Source of the DNA: Bifidobacterium sp.
GTDB taxonomy: Bacteria > Actinomycetota > Actinomycetes > Actinomycetales > Bifidobacteriaceae
Assembly (NCBI RefSeq): GCF_050874245.1
Contig: NZ_JBNMKH010000001.1
Location: 9,140 to 73,139 of the forward strand
Reading direction: 5' to 3'
Length of the DNA stretch: 64,000 bases
Part shown: piece after piece, positions 19,074 through 31,360 of the stretch
Numbering within the stretch: position 1 is the first letter of the stretch
How the letters are laid out: every line of letters begins with the position of its first letter
Program-made: the position numbers and the translations under genes
Notes under the pieces: generated by a model
Told to the model about the DNA's origin: nothing
Databases searched by the model: none
Seen by the model: the letters and a program-made list of their open reading frames with translations, nothing else

Positions 19074-20267
19074 TCAGCGGACCTCCTTGCCGTTGGCCGC
19101 GAAACGTGCGGCCTGTTGCGCAGCTTCTTCCATGGTTTGCGCGACATGCAGATTGCCACGGTCGGCCTGGGCCAGAATGCGCAGGCCCTCCGCCGCCGCG
19201 TTGCCGTCGAACCGCACGACGATCGGCTTGCTGCTGCCGAGCGCGTCAAGCGCCTCGAGGATACCCTTCGCCACCTGCTCGCAGGAGGTGATGCCTCCAT
19301 ACACGTTGATGAACACGGATTCGACCTGCGGATCGGACAGCACGATCTCAAGGCTGTTCGACATGACCTCCGCGGAGGCGCCGCCTCCGATGTCAAGGAA
19401 GTTGGCCGGCTTGACATTCGTGCCTTGGTCCTCACCTGCACCCGAGACAGCGTCAAGCGAGCTCATGACGAGACCTGCCCCATTGCCGATCACGCCTACG
19501 GAGCCGTTGAGATGCACGTAATGCAGACCGTGTTCGCGTGCCTTCTGCTCAAACGGATCGGTGTGGACCGGATCCGCGAAGCGTTTCCAACCGTCATGGC
19601 GGAACGCCGCATTGTCGTCGAGGGAGATCTTGGCGTCCAGCGCGCACAGCGACTTGGAGGATTCGTCATCCGGGTCGCCGATCTTGGCAAGCGGGTTGAT
19701 CTCCACCAAGGTGGCGTCGTTCTCCTTGAAGCATCGCCACATCTTCAACAGAATCTGCGCGGCCTGATCGACGTCGGCATGGTAGAAGCCGATGCTTGCG
19801 GCCATCTTGGTGGCGGCTTCGAGATCGAAATCCTCAAGCGCGCTGATATGGAGACGCTTGACGGATTCCGGATGCTCTCTGGCGATCTCCTCGACCTCCG
19901 TGCCGCCATTCGCGGTGGCTAGCACATCGAAATCCCGAGAAGACCGATCCACGGAAATGGAGACATAGTATTCGTGGAAAATGTTCTTGGCTTCGGCCAC
20001 CAGCACACCACTGACTTTGTGCTTGTGGATGGTCATCGGCAGAATGTCCTCGGACGCGAGGATGGATTCGTCACGGTTCTTGGCGAGTTTGACGCCACCG
20101 GCCTGACCACGATGTCCGATCTTCACCTGCGCCTTGATCACATTGGGGTAGCCAATCTGGTCGGCCGCCTCGGCCACCTCGTGGGAGTTCTGGGCGAATA
20201 TTGCCTTCGGCGTCGGAATGCCCTGCTCCTCGAGCAGCTCCCTGGCTTGGTATTCATAGAGATCCAT
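19074..20267 (-). CDS. sucC: Succinyl-CoA synthetase beta subunit
   Basis: [38 protein letters not shown]. Confidence 0.96.
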   Translation of the reverse strand: MDLYEYQARELLEEQGIPTPKAIFAQNSHEVAEAADQIGYPNVIKAQVKIGHRGQAGGVKLAKNRDESILASEDILPMTIHKHKVSGVLVAEAKNIFHEYYVSISVDRSSRDFDVLATANGGTEVEEIAREHPESVKRLHISALEDFDLEAATKMAASIGFYHADVDQAAQILLKMWRCFKENDATLVEINPLAKIGDPDDESSKSLCALDAKISLDDNAAFRHDGWKRFADPVHTDPFEQKAREHGLHYVHLNGSVGVIGNGAGLVMSSLDAVSGAGEDQGTNVKPANFLDIGGGASAEVMSNSLEIVLSDPQVESVFINVYGGITSCEQVAKGILEALDALGSSKPIVVRFDGNAAAEGLRILAQADRGNLHVAQTMEEAAQQAARFAANGKEVR

Positions 20268-20316
20268 GGATCATTATTCCCTTTGTTTGTGTGTTTGTTA
20301 TTGAGGAAGCCATCGG

Positions 20317-20898
20317 TCAGGCCGGCATGCGAACCAGTGAGCTCGACGGATAGGAGCCCAGTGATTCCATACCGTTGATGCCGACAAGCTCCATGACGAA
20401 GCTGAAGCCCGCAACCGTGCCCCCGCATTTCTCAATCAGGCTGCGAGCGGCATTGGCGGTTCCACCGGTGGCGATCAGATCATCGACGATCAGTACCCGC
20501 ACGCCCTCATGAATCGCGTTGGTCTCGATTTCCACAGACGCCTGTCCGTATTCAAGGTCGTAGCTCTGGGACACGGTTTCCGGCGGCAACTTGCCCGCTT
20601 TGCGGACCGCGATGAATCCTTTGCCAAGACGCGCGGCCAGCGCAGGACCGAACAGGAATCCTCGTGCCTCCAAGCCCGCCACCACATCGAAATCACCGGC
20701 AGAGACGGGCAGTGCGGCCTCGAGCGCATCCATCAGAATGCCGAACGCCCGCGCATCAGCCAACGCCGGCATAAAATCGCGGAACAGTATGCCTCCCTTC
20801 GGAAAACCCGGAATAGTGCGTATTTTCGATATAAGATATGCTGCGTCTTCGGCTCCGACCTTACTCAAACCCGAGACAGTGATATCCGATGATGCCAT
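20317..20898 (-). CDS. apt: Adenine phosphoribosyltransferase
   Basis: GLEARGFLFG, RKAGKLP, PRPP motif VDDLIATGGT. Confidence 0.96.
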   Translation of the reverse strand: MASSDITVSGLSKVGAEDAAYLISKIRTIPGFPKGGILFRDFMPALADARAFGILMDALEAALPVSAGDFDVVAGLEARGFLFGPALAARLGKGFIAVRKAGKLPPETVSQSYDLEYGQASVEIETNAIHEGVRVLIVDDLIATGGTANAARSLIEKCGGTVAGFSFVMELVGINGMESLGSYPSSSLVRMPA

Positions 20899-20956
20899 GA
20901 CAGTGGTTTCCTTCTACCTTGGTTTACGGCACTTCGAATTATAGGTTTCCTCCTCG

Positions 20957-20998
20957 AAAAAGAACGGCGAAAATCCCGAAAATGAGATTTTCGCCGTC
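20957..20998 (-). terminator. Intrinsic terminator after yajC
   Basis: ACGGCGAAAATC/GATTTTCGCCGT stem followed by TTCTTTTT on the minus strand. Confidence 0.75.
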
Positions 20999-21012
20999 CA
21001 GATATCCAGCAA

Positions 21013-21420
21013 TCAGTTGTTTTCTCCATTGACAGGTGCCTGCTGCGCGGATTCATCACGCACGGGCTCGCCGTCAACCGGTTCCTGCGCCGGCTGGTCA
21101 TCCTTGGGGAGAGGATTGCCATTCTCATCAACCTCGTCATCATGGACGTAGGCCGGACGGACATACTCGCGGCTGATGGCGTTGAAGCCGAAACGCAACT
21201 GGGAGCCTTCGGAGTCGATGACGATCTCCTCGTACTCGGTGTCCACGGAAACGACTTTGCCGATGATGCCGCCGATGGTGATGATCTCCGTACCCGGCTG
21301 CAGATTGGAACGGAAATCTTTACGCTCAGCCTGCTGCTGCTTGGCCTTCTTGGACTGCCAGAACATCAGGCCGATCATCACGACTAGAATGACGACAAAA
21401 AACAGGGAGTTGGGATCCAC
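21013..21420 (-). CDS. yajC: Preprotein translocase subunit YajC
   Basis: N-terminal TM helix, LQPGTEIITIGGIIGKV; GTG start after AAGGAG. Confidence 0.92.
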   Translation of the reverse strand: MDPNSLFFVVILVVMIGLMFWQSKKAKQQQAERKDFRSNLQPGTEIITIGGIIGKVVSVDTEYEEIVIDSEGSQLRFGFNAISREYVRPAYVHDDEVDENGNPLPKDDQPAQEPVDGEPVRDESAQQAPVNGENN

Positions 21421-21483
21421 AGCACACTCCTTATATCGAAGGGTTATCACGAGGGGGACGTAAAATCCGACCGGTCAACGAGT

Positions 21484-22557
21484 CTATGCCGTCTTGTTGA
21501 CATCAAACCGCGAATCGTCAGGCGTGAGGCCAAGATGCTTCCATGCCTTGCGCGTGGCCACACGCCCTTTGGGGGTACGCATCAGGAAACCTTCACGCAC
21601 CAGATACGGCTCGCATACCGTTTCCACGGTCTCCGACTCCTCACCCACCATCGCCGCCAGATTGTTCAGGCCGACTGGGCCGCCGTTGAAATTGGTGACA
21701 ATGGCTTTGAGTACTGCGATGTCCAAACGGTCCAGGCCTTCGGTATCAATCTGGTAGAGGGCCAGCGCTTCCTTGACGTCATCAGGACGCACCGATTCGA
21801 GATCATGCACGATGGCCCAATCCCTGACACGCCGTAGCAGACGATTGGCTATTCGAGGCGTGCCCCGTGAACGCATGGCCAGCTGTCGGGCGGCGCCATC
21901 CTCCAATTGAATTCCCAGCACCGCGGCGGAACGCTCAATCAGTTTCTCGAGCTCCTCATGAGGGTAGAAGTCGAGATGCGCGGTGAAACCGAAACGCGCG
22001 CGTAACGGGGATGGCAACATGCCTTCCCTGGTGGTGGCGCCGACAACGGTGAATCTTGGCAAGGTCAGTGGAATGGAGGACGCTCCAGGCCCCTTGCCGA
22101 CCATCACATCGACACGGAAATCCTCCATGGCGATATACAGCAGCTCCTCGGCGGCACGCGGCAGACGATGGATCTCATCGATGAAAAGCACCTCGCCCGC
22201 ATCCAGCGAGCTCAGAATCGAGGCGAGGTCTCCGGCATGCTGGATGGCGGGTCCCGAGGTGATACGAATCGGAACGCCCAATTCGTTGGCCACAATCATG
22301 GCCAACGTGGTTTTACCAAGCCCAGGAGGGCCGGCGAGCAGTATGTGGTCCGGGGGCACATCGCGTTTGCGGGCCGCGTCTAGGAACAATTGCAGCTGCG
22401 CCTTGAGCCTGGGCTGGCCGATGAATCCGTCAAGGACATGCGGACGCAATTCCTCGTCGCTGACCGGTTCGTTGCCAACCGGCGAGGCGGAAACCATGCG
22501 GAGCGATTCCTCGTTCGCACCGGTATTCGGCTGTTCGAATGCGTCAGTGTTCTCCAT
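21484..22557 (-). CDS. ruvB: Holliday junction helicase RuvB
   Basis: [36 protein letters not shown]. Confidence 0.98.
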   Translation of the reverse strand: MENTDAFEQPNTGANEESLRMVSASPVGNEPVSDEELRPHVLDGFIGQPRLKAQLQLFLDAARKRDVPPDHILLAGPPGLGKTTLAMIVANELGVPIRITSGPAIQHAGDLASILSSLDAGEVLFIDEIHRLPRAAEELLYIAMEDFRVDVMVGKGPGASSIPLTLPRFTVVGATTREGMLPSPLRARFGFTAHLDFYPHEELEKLIERSAAVLGIQLEDGAARQLAMRSRGTPRIANRLLRRVRDWAIVHDLESVRPDDVKEALALYQIDTEGLDRLDIAVLKAIVTNFNGGPVGLNNLAAMVGEESETVETVCEPYLVREGFLMRTPKGRVATRKAWKHLGLTPDDSRFDVNKTA

Positions 22558-22568
22558 ATCGGCTTTCC

Positions 22569-23186
22569 TCACCTACCCCTGTCCAGAGATGCCAACGCCA
22601 GTTTCAGCACGCGGGGCACGTCCTCCGCATCCAATGGCGTCTCGATCTGATTGTCGGCGCATGCCATCCGCACCGCTCCAGTGGCATCCTGCTGATGCCA
22701 TCCCAGCGACATCAGCCCCTCGACCACCTGTTCCGTCCCAGTATCCTCGGAAGCGACCCCGGCATTGGAGGATCCCTCAATCTGGCTGAGGTCAATCGAC
22801 CCCTTCAACTCGAGGATGATCTTCTGTGCGCCCTTCTTGCCCAATCCCGGAGCCTTGGCCAACGCCGCGGCGTCGCCGTCGGCCACCGCACGCGCCAACC
22901 TGTCGGGCGGCAGTGTGGACAGCAACGACAACGCAACCTTGGGACCGATGCCACTGACCTTCTGCAGCTGCAGGAACATCCGCTTCGAAGCCATAGTGTC
23001 AAAACCGAACAACGTGATGGCATCCTGGGACACGTTCAACGAAGTATAGACCTTGACGTCCTGTCCGGCATGGATGGAGGCCAGATCCGCCGACGGCATC
23101 CTGACCTCATATCCAACTCCTCCGACCTCGATGAGGGCCGAAACGGCGTCGACCGAATCCACACGGCCGTGAAGCATGCCAATCAT
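22569..23186 (-). CDS. ruvA: Holliday junction branch migration protein RuvA
   Basis: [35 protein letters not shown]; AAGGAG RBS. Confidence 0.96.
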   Translation of the reverse strand: MIGMLHGRVDSVDAVSALIEVGGVGYEVRMPSADLASIHAGQDVKVYTSLNVSQDAITLFGFDTMASKRMFLQLQKVSGIGPKVALSLLSTLPPDRLARAVADGDAAALAKAPGLGKKGAQKIILELKGSIDLSQIEGSSNAGVASEDTGTEQVVEGLMSLGWHQQDATGAVRMACADNQIETPLDAEDVPRVLKLALASLDRGR

Positions 23187-23210
23187 CGCGGATACTCCTT
23201 CGAACAAATC

Positions 23211-23226
23211 TAGAACATCTGTTCGA
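23211..23226 (-). promoter_or_regulatory. LexA (SOS) box upstream of ruvA
   Basis: TCGAAC-agat-GTTCTA on the minus strand; one mismatch to the actinobacterial TCGAAC-N4-GTTCGA consensus. Confidence 0.75.
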
Positions 23227-23230
23227 TAGC

Positions 23231-23812
23231 CTACATGCCTCCACGGACGCCCTGTCTGCGCGCGGCCCTCTGCGAAGCCTGGGCCCACTGTCGCTGCGCC
23301 GCCGTGAGATGCTGCTCTCGTTCACCGCCCTGCAACGCGCCGGCCGGACGCAGCGCATGGCATATCGCAATCGCAAGCGCATCCGCCGCGTCCGCGGGCT
23401 TCGGCAACGCGTTCAACCCAAGTATGCGCGCCACCATGCGCTCCATCTGGATTTTCTCGGCCTTGCCGTTGCCGGTAATCGCGAGCTTCGATTCAGTAGG
23501 CGTGTGCAATGCCACGGGAATGCCGCGCTGCGCCGCGGCCAGCATGGCCAATCCTGCCGCCTGCGCGGTGCCCAGCACAGTATTGCGGTTCTCCTGAGCG
23601 AAAACACGCTCGATGGATACCACGTCCGGCACGAATCGTTCTATTTTCTCCACCAGTCCGTTGTAGATGGCCAGAAGTCGAAGATCCTGCGACGTCTTGG
23701 GATCGGATCGCACCACATCCACATGAATAAAAGAAAGCCGGCGGTATGCGCCGGCTTCGATCACGCCGACCCCGCAGCGTGTCAGCCCGGGATCGACGCC
23801 AAGGATAATCAC
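23231..23812 (-). CDS. ruvC: Holliday junction resolvase RuvC
   Basis: [23 protein letters not shown]. Confidence 0.97.
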   Translation of the reverse strand: MIILGVDPGLTRCGVGVIEAGAYRRLSFIHVDVVRSDPKTSQDLRLLAIYNGLVEKIERFVPDVVSIERVFAQENRNTVLGTAQAAGLAMLAAAQRGIPVALHTPTESKLAITGNGKAEKIQMERMVARILGLNALPKPADAADALAIAICHALRPAGALQGGEREQHLTAAQRQWAQASQRAARRQGVRGGM

Positions 23813-23818
23813 GATGGA

Positions 23819-24574
23819 TTACTCCTCGTCCAACTGGGCCATGACCTCGTCGGAGGCGGTCCAATTGGAGTAAATGTTCTGGACATCGTCCAGATCGTCA
23901 AGATTGTCGATGAGCTTCGAGACCTTCTGAGCGTCCTCGAGGCTCAGCTCCACCTCGGTCTTCGGCATCATGACCAGATCTGCGGAATCATAATCGAATC
24001 CGGCATCCTGCAAGGCCTTGCGCACGTCAATCATGTCGGAGGGATCGGTGATGACGGTGAACACCTCACCATCATCGGTCACATCCTCGGCGCCAGCCTC
24101 GGCAGCCTTCTCGAACAGACTGTCGAAATCAACGCCTTCAGCCGGGACGACGATCTGGCCCTTACGCTCGAAGTTGAAGCTCACGGAGCCGGTGGTCGCC
24201 AAGGAGCCGTTGCCCTTAGTCAGCGTGGAACGCACATCGGCGGCCGCGCGGTTGCGGTTGTCGGTAAGGCATTCGATGATCAGGCCGACGCCTGCCGGGG
24301 CGTAGCCCTCGTACACGATATCCTCATAGTTGGCGCCGCCCGCTTCCTCGCCGGAACCACGCTTGACGGCACGCTTGATGTTGTCGGCCGGCATGGAGGC
24401 CTTCTTAGCCTTGTAGATGGCGTCGTACAGGGACGGATTGCCGTCAGGATCGCCACCACCCATACGTGCTGCGATCTCGATGTTCTTGATCAGCTTGGCG
24501 AACAGCTTGCCGCGCTTCGCGTCGATGGCGGCCTTCTTGTGCTTGGTGGTCGCCCACTTGGAATGACCTGACAT
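23819..24574 (-). CDS. yebC: YebC/PmpR family protein
   Basis: [38 protein letters not shown]. Confidence 0.97.
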   Translation of the reverse strand: MSGHSKWATTKHKKAAIDAKRGKLFAKLIKNIEIAARMGGGDPDGNPSLYDAIYKAKKASMPADNIKRAVKRGSGEEAGGANYEDIVYEGYAPAGVGLIIECLTDNRNRAAADVRSTLTKGNGSLATTGSVSFNFERKGQIVVPAEGVDFDSLFEKAAEAGAEDVTDDGEVFTVITDPSDMIDVRKALQDAGFDYDSADLVMMPKTEVELSLEDAQKVSKLIDNLDDLDDVQNIYSNWTASDEVMAQLDEE

Positions 24575-24704
24575 AATGCTCCTAGGCAGGTTGCGGATAT
24601 TTCAAACGAAATGATTCTAAAGCGGTTCACAGACAAAGTTCGGATTCGGACCTTCGGCATTTCACTTGATGGAACCATTGCCGGCGTTTCCCGGGTCACG
24701 GCAT

Positions 24705-25367
24705 TCAACGCCGGTATGTTTTCTCACCGATGGACATCTGTCGCCGGGCTTCAAGGATCCGCTGAAACACAGTGACCAATCCAAGCACGGCCAGCAATAC
24801 CATGGCGACGGTCAACCATAACCCCTGCCGGGTCAAGCCGGTGATGGCCATGCCCACCAGAATGATCACCAAACGATCCGCGCGCGTGGCCACACCGTTC
24901 TTCACCTCATAGCCGACGGATTCGGCTCTGGCACGGGCGTAGGAAGTGACGAACGACGTCATCACTGCCACCGTCGCCGCCACGATGCCGATCGTGGCCA
25001 CATAATCCGGAATGCCATCGGTTCCCGCATACCACCAATCGTCGTGCAGCACGAAGAAAACAATCACCCCGACGAGCATCGCCCAATCGGCGATACGGTC
25101 GAGCGTGGAGTCGAGGAACGCACCGAATTCGGTGCCACCGGTGGTGAGCATCGCGATCGAGCCATCCAAGGAGTCGGCGAGCACAAGCAGGGTCAGTACC
25201 ACTGCTCCCCCGAAAAGCCAGCCGGTGACGCCGGTCGCTATGGCCACGACGATGGTCCCGGTAGATCCAATCACTGTCACTGCGTTGGCGCTCAGCCCTA
25301 TGGCTATCAGAGCCTTCGCGATTGGTTCGATGAGTCTTTTGAATGGGGCGCGGAGATGTTCAAGCAT
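24705..25367 (-). CDS. pgsA: CDP-alcohol phosphatidyltransferase (phosphatidylinositol-phosphate synthase type)
   Basis: DSLDGSIA..GAFLDSTLDRIAD motif, SYARARAE. Confidence 0.88.
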   Translation of the reverse strand: MLEHLRAPFKRLIEPIAKALIAIGLSANAVTVIGSTGTIVVAIATGVTGWLFGGAVVLTLLVLADSLDGSIAMLTTGGTEFGAFLDSTLDRIADWAMLVGVIVFFVLHDDWWYAGTDGIPDYVATIGIVAATVAVMTSFVTSYARARAESVGYEVKNGVATRADRLVIILVGMAITGLTRQGLWLTVAMVLLAVLGLVTVFQRILEARRQMSIGEKTYRR

Positions 25368-25487
25368 TACGTATACTTCTTTCGATGAAAACGCGGAACG
25401 GCGTGCAAACCCCGCAATCGAGGTTTGCACGCCGTTCCATCAGATCATGGTCGCATCACAGCGGACCGGTTGGTCGTCAATCCACGC

Positions 25488-27521
25488 TCAGTCGGCGAGG
25501 GCGGCCTTGAAATCGTCGACGTTGTTGACCTGGACACGCTTCTTGATGACGGTCAGGATATTCGTCTTCGCCTCGTCGACAGGCACGCCGTTGAGCTGGC
25601 TGCCGTCACGGAAGCGGAAGCTCACCGCATTGTTGTTCGTGTCCTCCTCACCAACGATGAGGATGAACGGAGCCTTGGACTTGGAGGCGTTGCGGATCTT
25701 CTTGCCGAAACGATCGTCGGACAGGTCAATCTCGCAGCGGACAGTCTCCTCTTCCAGGCTGGCGATGAACTTCTGCAGATGCGGGGCGAATTCGTCCGCG
25801 ACCGGCACGCCAAGCACCTGGACGGGGGCGAGCCATGCCGGGAAAGCGCCTGCGTAGTGTTCAAGCAGCACGGCGAAGAAACGTTCGATGGAGCCGAACA
25901 GCGCGCGATGAATCATCACCGGGCGCTGGTGGGTGCCATCGGCGGCGATGTACTCAAGCTTGAAGCGTTCAGGCAGATTGAAGTCGAGCTGGATGGTGGA
26001 AACCTGCCAAGTACGGCCAATCGCGTCACGAGCCTGCACGGAGATCTTCGGACCGTAGAACGCGGCGCCGCACGGGTCGTCGACCAGTTCCAGACCGGAT
26101 TCCTTGGCGACCTCGGCCAGCGTGTTGGTGGCCTCCTCCCAGATCTCATCGGAACCGACGTACTTGTGCGGATCCTTGGTGGACAGCTCCAGATAGAAGT
26201 CGTCCAGACCGAAGTCCTTCAACAGGCCGAGCACGAAGTTGAGCAGGCTCTTGAGCTCATCCTTCATCTGCTCGCGGGTGCAGTAGATGTGGGAGTCATC
26301 CTGAGTCAAGCCGCGCACGCGGGTCAGACCGTGCACTTCACCGGACTTCTCGTAACGGTACACGGTACCGAATTCGAACAGTCGCAACGGCAGTTCACGA
26401 TAGGAACGCTGACGCGACTTGAAGATCAGGTTGTGCATCGGGCAGTTCATCGGCTTCAGGTAATAGTCGAAGCCCTGCTTGATCACATTGCCGTTCTCGT
26501 CCTTCTCCTCATCCAGACGCATCGGCGGATACATGCTGTCCTTGTACCACTGCAGATGGCCGGAGGTCTCATACAGGCCGCCCTTGGTGATGTGCGGGGT
26601 CTGCACGAAGCTGTAGTGGTGCTTGCGGTGCATCTCGCGCGAGTAATCCTCCATGGCGTTGATGACGGCGGCGCCCTTCGGATGGAACACGGCAAGGCCC
26701 GGACCGATCTCGTCCGGGAAGGAGAACAGATCCATTTCGGCGCCGAGCTTGCGGTGGTCGCGCTTGGCGGCCTCCTCCAGACGGGTCTGATAGGCCTTGA
26801 GGTCCTCCTTGGTTGCGAAGGCGGCGCCGTAGATGCGCTGTAGCATGGGGTTCGCTTCGCTGCCACGCCAGTATGCGGCGGCGGAACGCTCGATCTTAAA
26901 GGCCTTGATGTAGCGGGTATTCGGCAGATGCGGTCCGCGGCACAGGTCCTTCCAGACCACATTGCCGTCGCGGTCGACATTGTCGTAGAAGCTCAGTTCC
27001 TTGCCGCCGATTTCAGTGGCGGCTTCCGGATCGAGGTGGGCTTCCTTATCCTTGATGAGTTCGAGCTTGTAAGGCTGATCGGCCTCTTCGGCGAGGGCTT
27101 CCTCCTCGGTCACGACGCGACGGCGGAAGGACTGGGAGGATTTGATGATGCGCTGCATGCGCTTTTCGATTTCCTTGAGGTCCTCCGGGGTGAACGGGGT
27201 GTCCACATCGAAATCGTAGTAGAAGCCGTCCTTGATGACCGGTCCGACGCCGAGCTTGGCGTCAGGACGGATTTCCTGTACGGCCTGGGCCATGACGTGG
27301 GTCGCGGAGTGGCGCATGATGGCCACGCCATCCTCGCTATCGAGGGCGATGGGCTCCACGACATCGCCGTCGTGCAGTTCGGTGTAGAGGTCGCGGGGTT
27401 CGCCGTTCAGACGAACCGCGATGATGTTCTTGTCATCTGAGAAGAGCTGGACGCCGGTCTGGTCTGCCGCCACCTCCTTCGTTTCGCCGTTGAGTGTGAT
27501 GGAGATGGTCTGTTCAGCCAT
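25488..27521 (-). CDS. thrS: Threonine--tRNA ligase
   Basis: TGS domain, [40 protein letters not shown]. Confidence 0.98.
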   Translation of the reverse strand: MAEQTISITLNGETKEVAADQTGVQLFSDDKNIIAVRLNGEPRDLYTELHDGDVVEPIALDSEDGVAIMRHSATHVMAQAVQEIRPDAKLGVGPVIKDGFYYDFDVDTPFTPEDLKEIEKRMQRIIKSSQSFRRRVVTEEEALAEEADQPYKLELIKDKEAHLDPEAATEIGGKELSFYDNVDRDGNVVWKDLCRGPHLPNTRYIKAFKIERSAAAYWRGSEANPMLQRIYGAAFATKEDLKAYQTRLEEAAKRDHRKLGAEMDLFSFPDEIGPGLAVFHPKGAAVINAMEDYSREMHRKHHYSFVQTPHITKGGLYETSGHLQWYKDSMYPPMRLDEEKDENGNVIKQGFDYYLKPMNCPMHNLIFKSRQRSYRELPLRLFEFGTVYRYEKSGEVHGLTRVRGLTQDDSHIYCTREQMKDELKSLLNFVLGLLKDFGLDDFYLELSTKDPHKYVGSDEIWEEATNTLAEVAKESGLELVDDPCGAAFYGPKISVQARDAIGRTWQVSTIQLDFNLPERFKLEYIAADGTHQRPVMIHRALFGSIERFFAVLLEHYAGAFPAWLAPVQVLGVPVADEFAPHLQKFIASLEEETVRCEIDLSDDRFGKKIRNASKSKAPFILIVGEEDTNNNAVSFRFRDGSQLNGVPVDEAKTNILTVIKKRVQVNNVDDFKAALAD

Positions 27522-27685
27522 AAGTTGTCCTTTGCTATCGGGGTCCGCGTTACCAATGTGCAGGCCTGGACTAAATATCAACGATGAACAAGATAAAGGC
27601 GAGTACAGACAATGGCGCGTTCCCCCTGTGGATGAAGTCTCGAGGCCGGTCAAACCGTTGTCGGAAGATCAGTCGGCATCGGCTT

Positions 27686-28516
27686 TCACTGACCGACGAC
27701 ATGCGCGTATGTATATTGCGGAGCCTGACGTGTCGACTTGATCGTCACCCTGTCCGAAGGGTCGACGGACACTGTGGCGCCATATTTCACTTTGAGCCTC
27801 GAACCTACGCCGCCGGCAAGATTGACCGCGTTCTGCAGATTGTCGACATCGCCAATCGCGCGAATGGTGTATGGCGCCTTGAGCTTGGTGCCGTCGCAGA
27901 CGAGTCCGTTCGAGGCATCGCTGATGTAGGTGCTGGTGACCACACGCACGTTGTTGATCTCGATGACTTCGGCGCCGCTGTTGCGCAATTCCTCAAGCAG
28001 AGTGAACAGGACAGCGGCATCGATCTTCTGTTTGTCGCCTTGCGAGATACGGATGACCACACCTTCGCCGGTGGCCGCGAGACGCCCGGAGAGAATACCG
28101 TTCGTCTGCGCGTTCTGGCGTGCGATTTCCGCGGCTTTCTCGTTCTTGTCGGCAGTATCCTTCAACGCGTTCAGCTGACTGGAAAGCTCGTTCTTGCGCT
28201 GCTCGAGCTTCTGGACCTGGGTGCTTGTCTCGCTGATGAGTTTGGTCAGCTCGTCCTCACTCATCGTCTCGTATGTGGATGTGGTGTTGTTCACTTGGAT
28301 GGCGTAGCTGAAGCCCAGCAATGCGCACAGCACCGTGACGAGAATGCTGGAATATAGTCTGGCACGGGTGGTCTTCGCGTCAAGAGAGATTCGTTTCGTC
28401 CTGGACTTGACCATGGGAAACGCGCCGGTCTGTGTGCTGTCGTTGTTCTGGTCCTTGACGATCTGCTCATGGATCTTGGACAGCACATCCTTGTTGTTCT
28501 CGTTATGCGCGGACAT
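27686..28516 (-). CDS. DUF881 family membrane-anchored coiled-coil protein
   Basis: TM helix, coiled coil, ELRNSGAEVIEINNVRV, PYTIRAIG. Confidence 0.88.
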   Translation of the reverse strand: MSAHNENNKDVLSKIHEQIVKDQNNDSTQTGAFPMVKSRTKRISLDAKTTRARLYSSILVTVLCALLGFSYAIQVNNTTSTYETMSEDELTKLISETSTQVQKLEQRKNELSSQLNALKDTADKNEKAAEIARQNAQTNGILSGRLAATGEGVVIRISQGDKQKIDAAVLFTLLEELRNSGAEVIEINNVRVVTSTYISDASNGLVCDGTKLKAPYTIRAIGDVDNLQNAVNLAGGVGSRLKVKYGATVSVDPSDRVTIKSTRQAPQYTYAHVVGQ

Positions 28517-28522
28517 ACCACA

Positions 28523-28855
28523 TCAGCCCTTGAAGATGAAGCGACGGATGGAGGACACGTTGGTGAAGATTCGTATGCCGAGCACCACAATCACGGCAGT
28601 CTGCAACTGGGATCCGACACCCAGCTGGTTGCCAAGGAACACCAGCAGCGTGGCGGTGATGACGTTCGAGAAGAAGGAGATGACGAATACCTTGTCGGAA
28701 AAACTGCGTTGGAAATACGCACGTGCCGCGCCCAGCAGCGCGTCCAACGCGGCCAGCACCATGATCGGCAGGTATGGCTGCAGCTCGATGGGGATGTCCG
28801 GACGGACGAACACGCCGATCACCACGCCGATGATGAGTCCCAAGACCGCTGCCAT
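28523..28855 (-). CDS. Small basic protein (DUF1290)
   Basis: YLPIMVLAALDALLGA, LGVGSQL, RIFTN; lies between two DUF881 genes. Confidence 0.9.
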   Translation of the reverse strand: MAAVLGLIIGVVIGVFVRPDIPIELQPYLPIMVLAALDALLGAARAYFQRSFSDKVFVISFFSNVITATLLVFLGNQLGVGSQLQTAVIVVLGIRIFTNVSSIRRFIFKG

Positions 28856-29826
28856 TACTCGTCCTTCCTCACATGAGTCGTATCGCCTGCGACCGCAGCT
28901 TCCAGTGTAATGGATTTGCTTCTGCTCACCTGCGGATAGATGCCGGCCTTCTTGAAATCGTCATACAGCTTTTTCTGCGTCGTTTTGTCCACCGCCTTCG
29001 ACAAGGCGACCGGATTGCCGATCGCCTCAATCCTGTAAGGGCTTTGCACCGAATTCACACCGATGAGAATCGTTGTGCCGGCCGTTCGAATCGAGGTCTG
29101 CACGCCGAGTCTGTTGCCGTTGATGGCGATCGCCTCCGCGCCCGACTGCCATAGCAGGGAGACCAGCAGCTGCAGGTCGGAATCGGTGACGACGCGGATT
29201 TGGTTGCCGTTCTCCCTGGGCAATGAGGAATCCGCATTGTCGCCGCTGACCGCAAGCGGGTTAGCCACCGTCAGGGTGATGCCTTCACCTTGCACCGGAA
29301 GAGTGCCGTTGACCATCTCGTCATCCCGCAACGTCTGGTTCAACGACCAGTTCGCCACGGATTTCGATTCGGTCTCAACTTGGGATCGCAGGTCGTTGAC
29401 CTCCTTGGTGAGATCACCGGCCTGCTTCGTCTGATCTGTCAATTGGCTTGCCAGCTGTTTACGCACCTCCTTGCGCGGATCGGTGCTGAGCTGGCGCACG
29501 AAGACGCTCCCTGCCGCTCCGACTGCGATGCAGATGAGAAACACCAGGATTCTGGTGGCCCAAATCGATACGGTAGAACGCTTCTTGGTCGCCAATCTGG
29601 AATCGGAATACAGCACATCCATCGGACGGTTGGTCAAATCGTCTATGAGACGAAGCGAATCCTCCTCGGTGTGTCTGCGTCGTTGGGAAACCGCAGGCAT
29701 GGAGACCTGCTGCACATGATGCGACGCGAGTCCCGCGAAAGACGCCGAAAAAACAGCACGATGCTTCGTCGGCATGTTCTCCATCGAGACGGGGAACGAC
29801 ATGTAACGCGGAGCATCGGCATTCAT
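28855..29826 (-). CDS. DUF881 family protein
   Basis: DSDLQLLVSLLWQSGAEAIAINGNRL, PYRIEAIG. Confidence 0.88.
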   Translation of the reverse strand: MNADAPRYMSFPVSMENMPTKHRAVFSASFAGLASHHVQQVSMPAVSQRRRHTEEDSLRLIDDLTNRPMDVLYSDSRLATKKRSTVSIWATRILVFLICIAVGAAGSVFVRQLSTDPRKEVRKQLASQLTDQTKQAGDLTKEVNDLRSQVETESKSVANWSLNQTLRDDEMVNGTLPVQGEGITLTVANPLAVSGDNADSSLPRENGNQIRVVTDSDLQLLVSLLWQSGAEAIAINGNRLGVQTSIRTAGTTILIGVNSVQSPYRIEAIGNPVALSKAVDKTTQKKLYDDFKKAGIYPQVSRSKSITLEAAVAGDTTHVRKDE

Positions 29827-29831
29827 GTGAT

Positions 29832-30443
29832 TCAATCCTTATGGTTTCCGTCGTTCTTCAGCAACTGAAAGCCCTGACGCATGTAGATGTATCCCGCGAG
29901 CCAGTACAATCCAACGCCCCAGATGCCAATGGCAAGGCCGCATAGATGCAACGAGTCGGTGGCGGAATTCGACCAGATGTCGGCGAAAATCAACACGACG
30001 ATGGCTATCAGCAGCATCGCGGTACCGGCTTTGCCTACGAAATGGACGGGCAACGGGCCATAATCATGTTGCGCGAGAACCAATATGAGGATAGCCATGA
30101 TCAGATCCCGAAGGCCGACGACGATCAGCATCCACCATGGAATGATGTTCGCCACACCCAAGGCGAGAATGCTGCAGAAAATCAGCAGACGATCGGCGAT
30201 GGGATCGAGAATCTGACCGATTTTGCTCACCTGGTTGAACGATCTGGCGATCAGCCCGTCCAATCCGTCGGATACCGCGGACAAAGCCAGCACGACCAAG
30301 GCGGGAACCATCTTGTGGTGGGAGACCAGCACTGAAATGAAGGGAATCGAAATGATCCGCAACAGGCTGATGAAATTCGGAACCGTGAAATAGATGTCCC
30401 GCGGTTCCGGACTGTACTGCTTCTTGATAATCAGTTTGCCCAT
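29832..30443 (-). CDS. CDP-alcohol phosphatidyltransferase (PgsA2/cardiolipin synthase type)
   Basis: TVPNFISLLR, SDGLDG, GQILDPIADR, GKAGT. Confidence 0.92.
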   Translation of the reverse strand: MGKLIIKKQYSPEPRDIYFTVPNFISLLRIISIPFISVLVSHHKMVPALVVLALSAVSDGLDGLIARSFNQVSKIGQILDPIADRLLIFCSILALGVANIIPWWMLIVVGLRDLIMAILILVLAQHDYGPLPVHFVGKAGTAMLLIAIVVLIFADIWSNSATDSLHLCGLAIGIWGVGLYWLAGYIYMRQGFQLLKNDGNHKD

Positions 30444-30456
30444 GCTGTGAGAGACA

Positions 30457-31308
30457 CTACATTCTCGAAGCCTGCAATGCGGTGACGATTATGCCGCGGG
30501 CACCGACCTCATACAGCTGGTCCATGAGCAGATTCACCTTTGCCTTCGGCACCACCACGCGCACGGCTGCCCACTGCTTGTCATGCAGTGGCGAGATCGT
30601 GGGGCTTTCGAAGCCCGGGGTGATATTCACAGCTGCCGACACCTTCTCAACCGGGATGTCATAGTCCATAAGCACATATCGTTGAGCTGTGAGCACGCCC
30701 TGCAGACGGCGGCTCAGAATCGTCAGCCGATCGTCGTCCTCGGCAAGTCGGGGGGAACGGATCAGCACTGCCTCGGAATGCATCAACGGCTCGGCGAAGA
30801 CACGCAGACCGGCGTTGCGCAACGTTGTTCCGGTGGATACCACATCGGCGATCAGATCGGCCACTCCTAGTTGGACGGACGATTCGACGGCGCCATCCAG
30901 ATGCACGGTTTCCGCATTGATGCCATGCTCGACCAGATAGTCATGCACGAGTTTGTCGAATGTAGTGGCGACACGCTTGCCTTCGATATCCTCAAGCTTG
31001 GTGATCGGCGAATCGTTCGGAGCCGCGAAACGGAATGTGGAGGCGCCGAATCCCAGTTGCATATGCTCCTTGGCATCGGTTCCGGAATTCACCAGCAAAT
31101 CATGACCGGTGATGCCTACGTCAATGGTGCCACGACCGACATACACGGCGATATCCAGCGGACGCAGATAGAACAACTCCACATCATTGTCGGGATCTTC
31201 CACGACCAGCTGGCGAGGGTTGCTTCTCAAACGGTAGCCGGCTTCGGACAGCATGTTCCAAGCGGGTTCGGACAGCATGCCCTTATTGGGCACAGCGATT
31301 CTCAGCAT
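30457..31308 (-). CDS. hisG: ATP phosphoribosyltransferase
   Basis: [28 protein letters not shown]-like C-terminal domain. Confidence 0.97.
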   Translation of the reverse strand: MLRIAVPNKGMLSEPAWNMLSEAGYRLRSNPRQLVVEDPDNDVELFYLRPLDIAVYVGRGTIDVGITGHDLLVNSGTDAKEHMQLGFGASTFRFAAPNDSPITKLEDIEGKRVATTFDKLVHDYLVEHGINAETVHLDGAVESSVQLGVADLIADVVSTGTTLRNAGLRVFAEPLMHSEAVLIRSPRLAEDDDRLTILSRRLQGVLTAQRYVLMDYDIPVEKVSAAVNITPGFESPTISPLHDKQWAAVRVVVPKAKVNLLMDQLYEVGARGIIVTALQASRM

Positions 31309-31360
31309 GGTTCTCCTTTAGAAAAGGCCACACCGTCAAGTGGCATGGCCTCGGGTTTCC

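Noticed and set aside
27545-27557. T-box-like TTGGTAACGCGG upstream of thrS
   Set aside because: Mismatch in the invariant UGGNACC core, no Stem I or specifier loop visible, and the leader is short.
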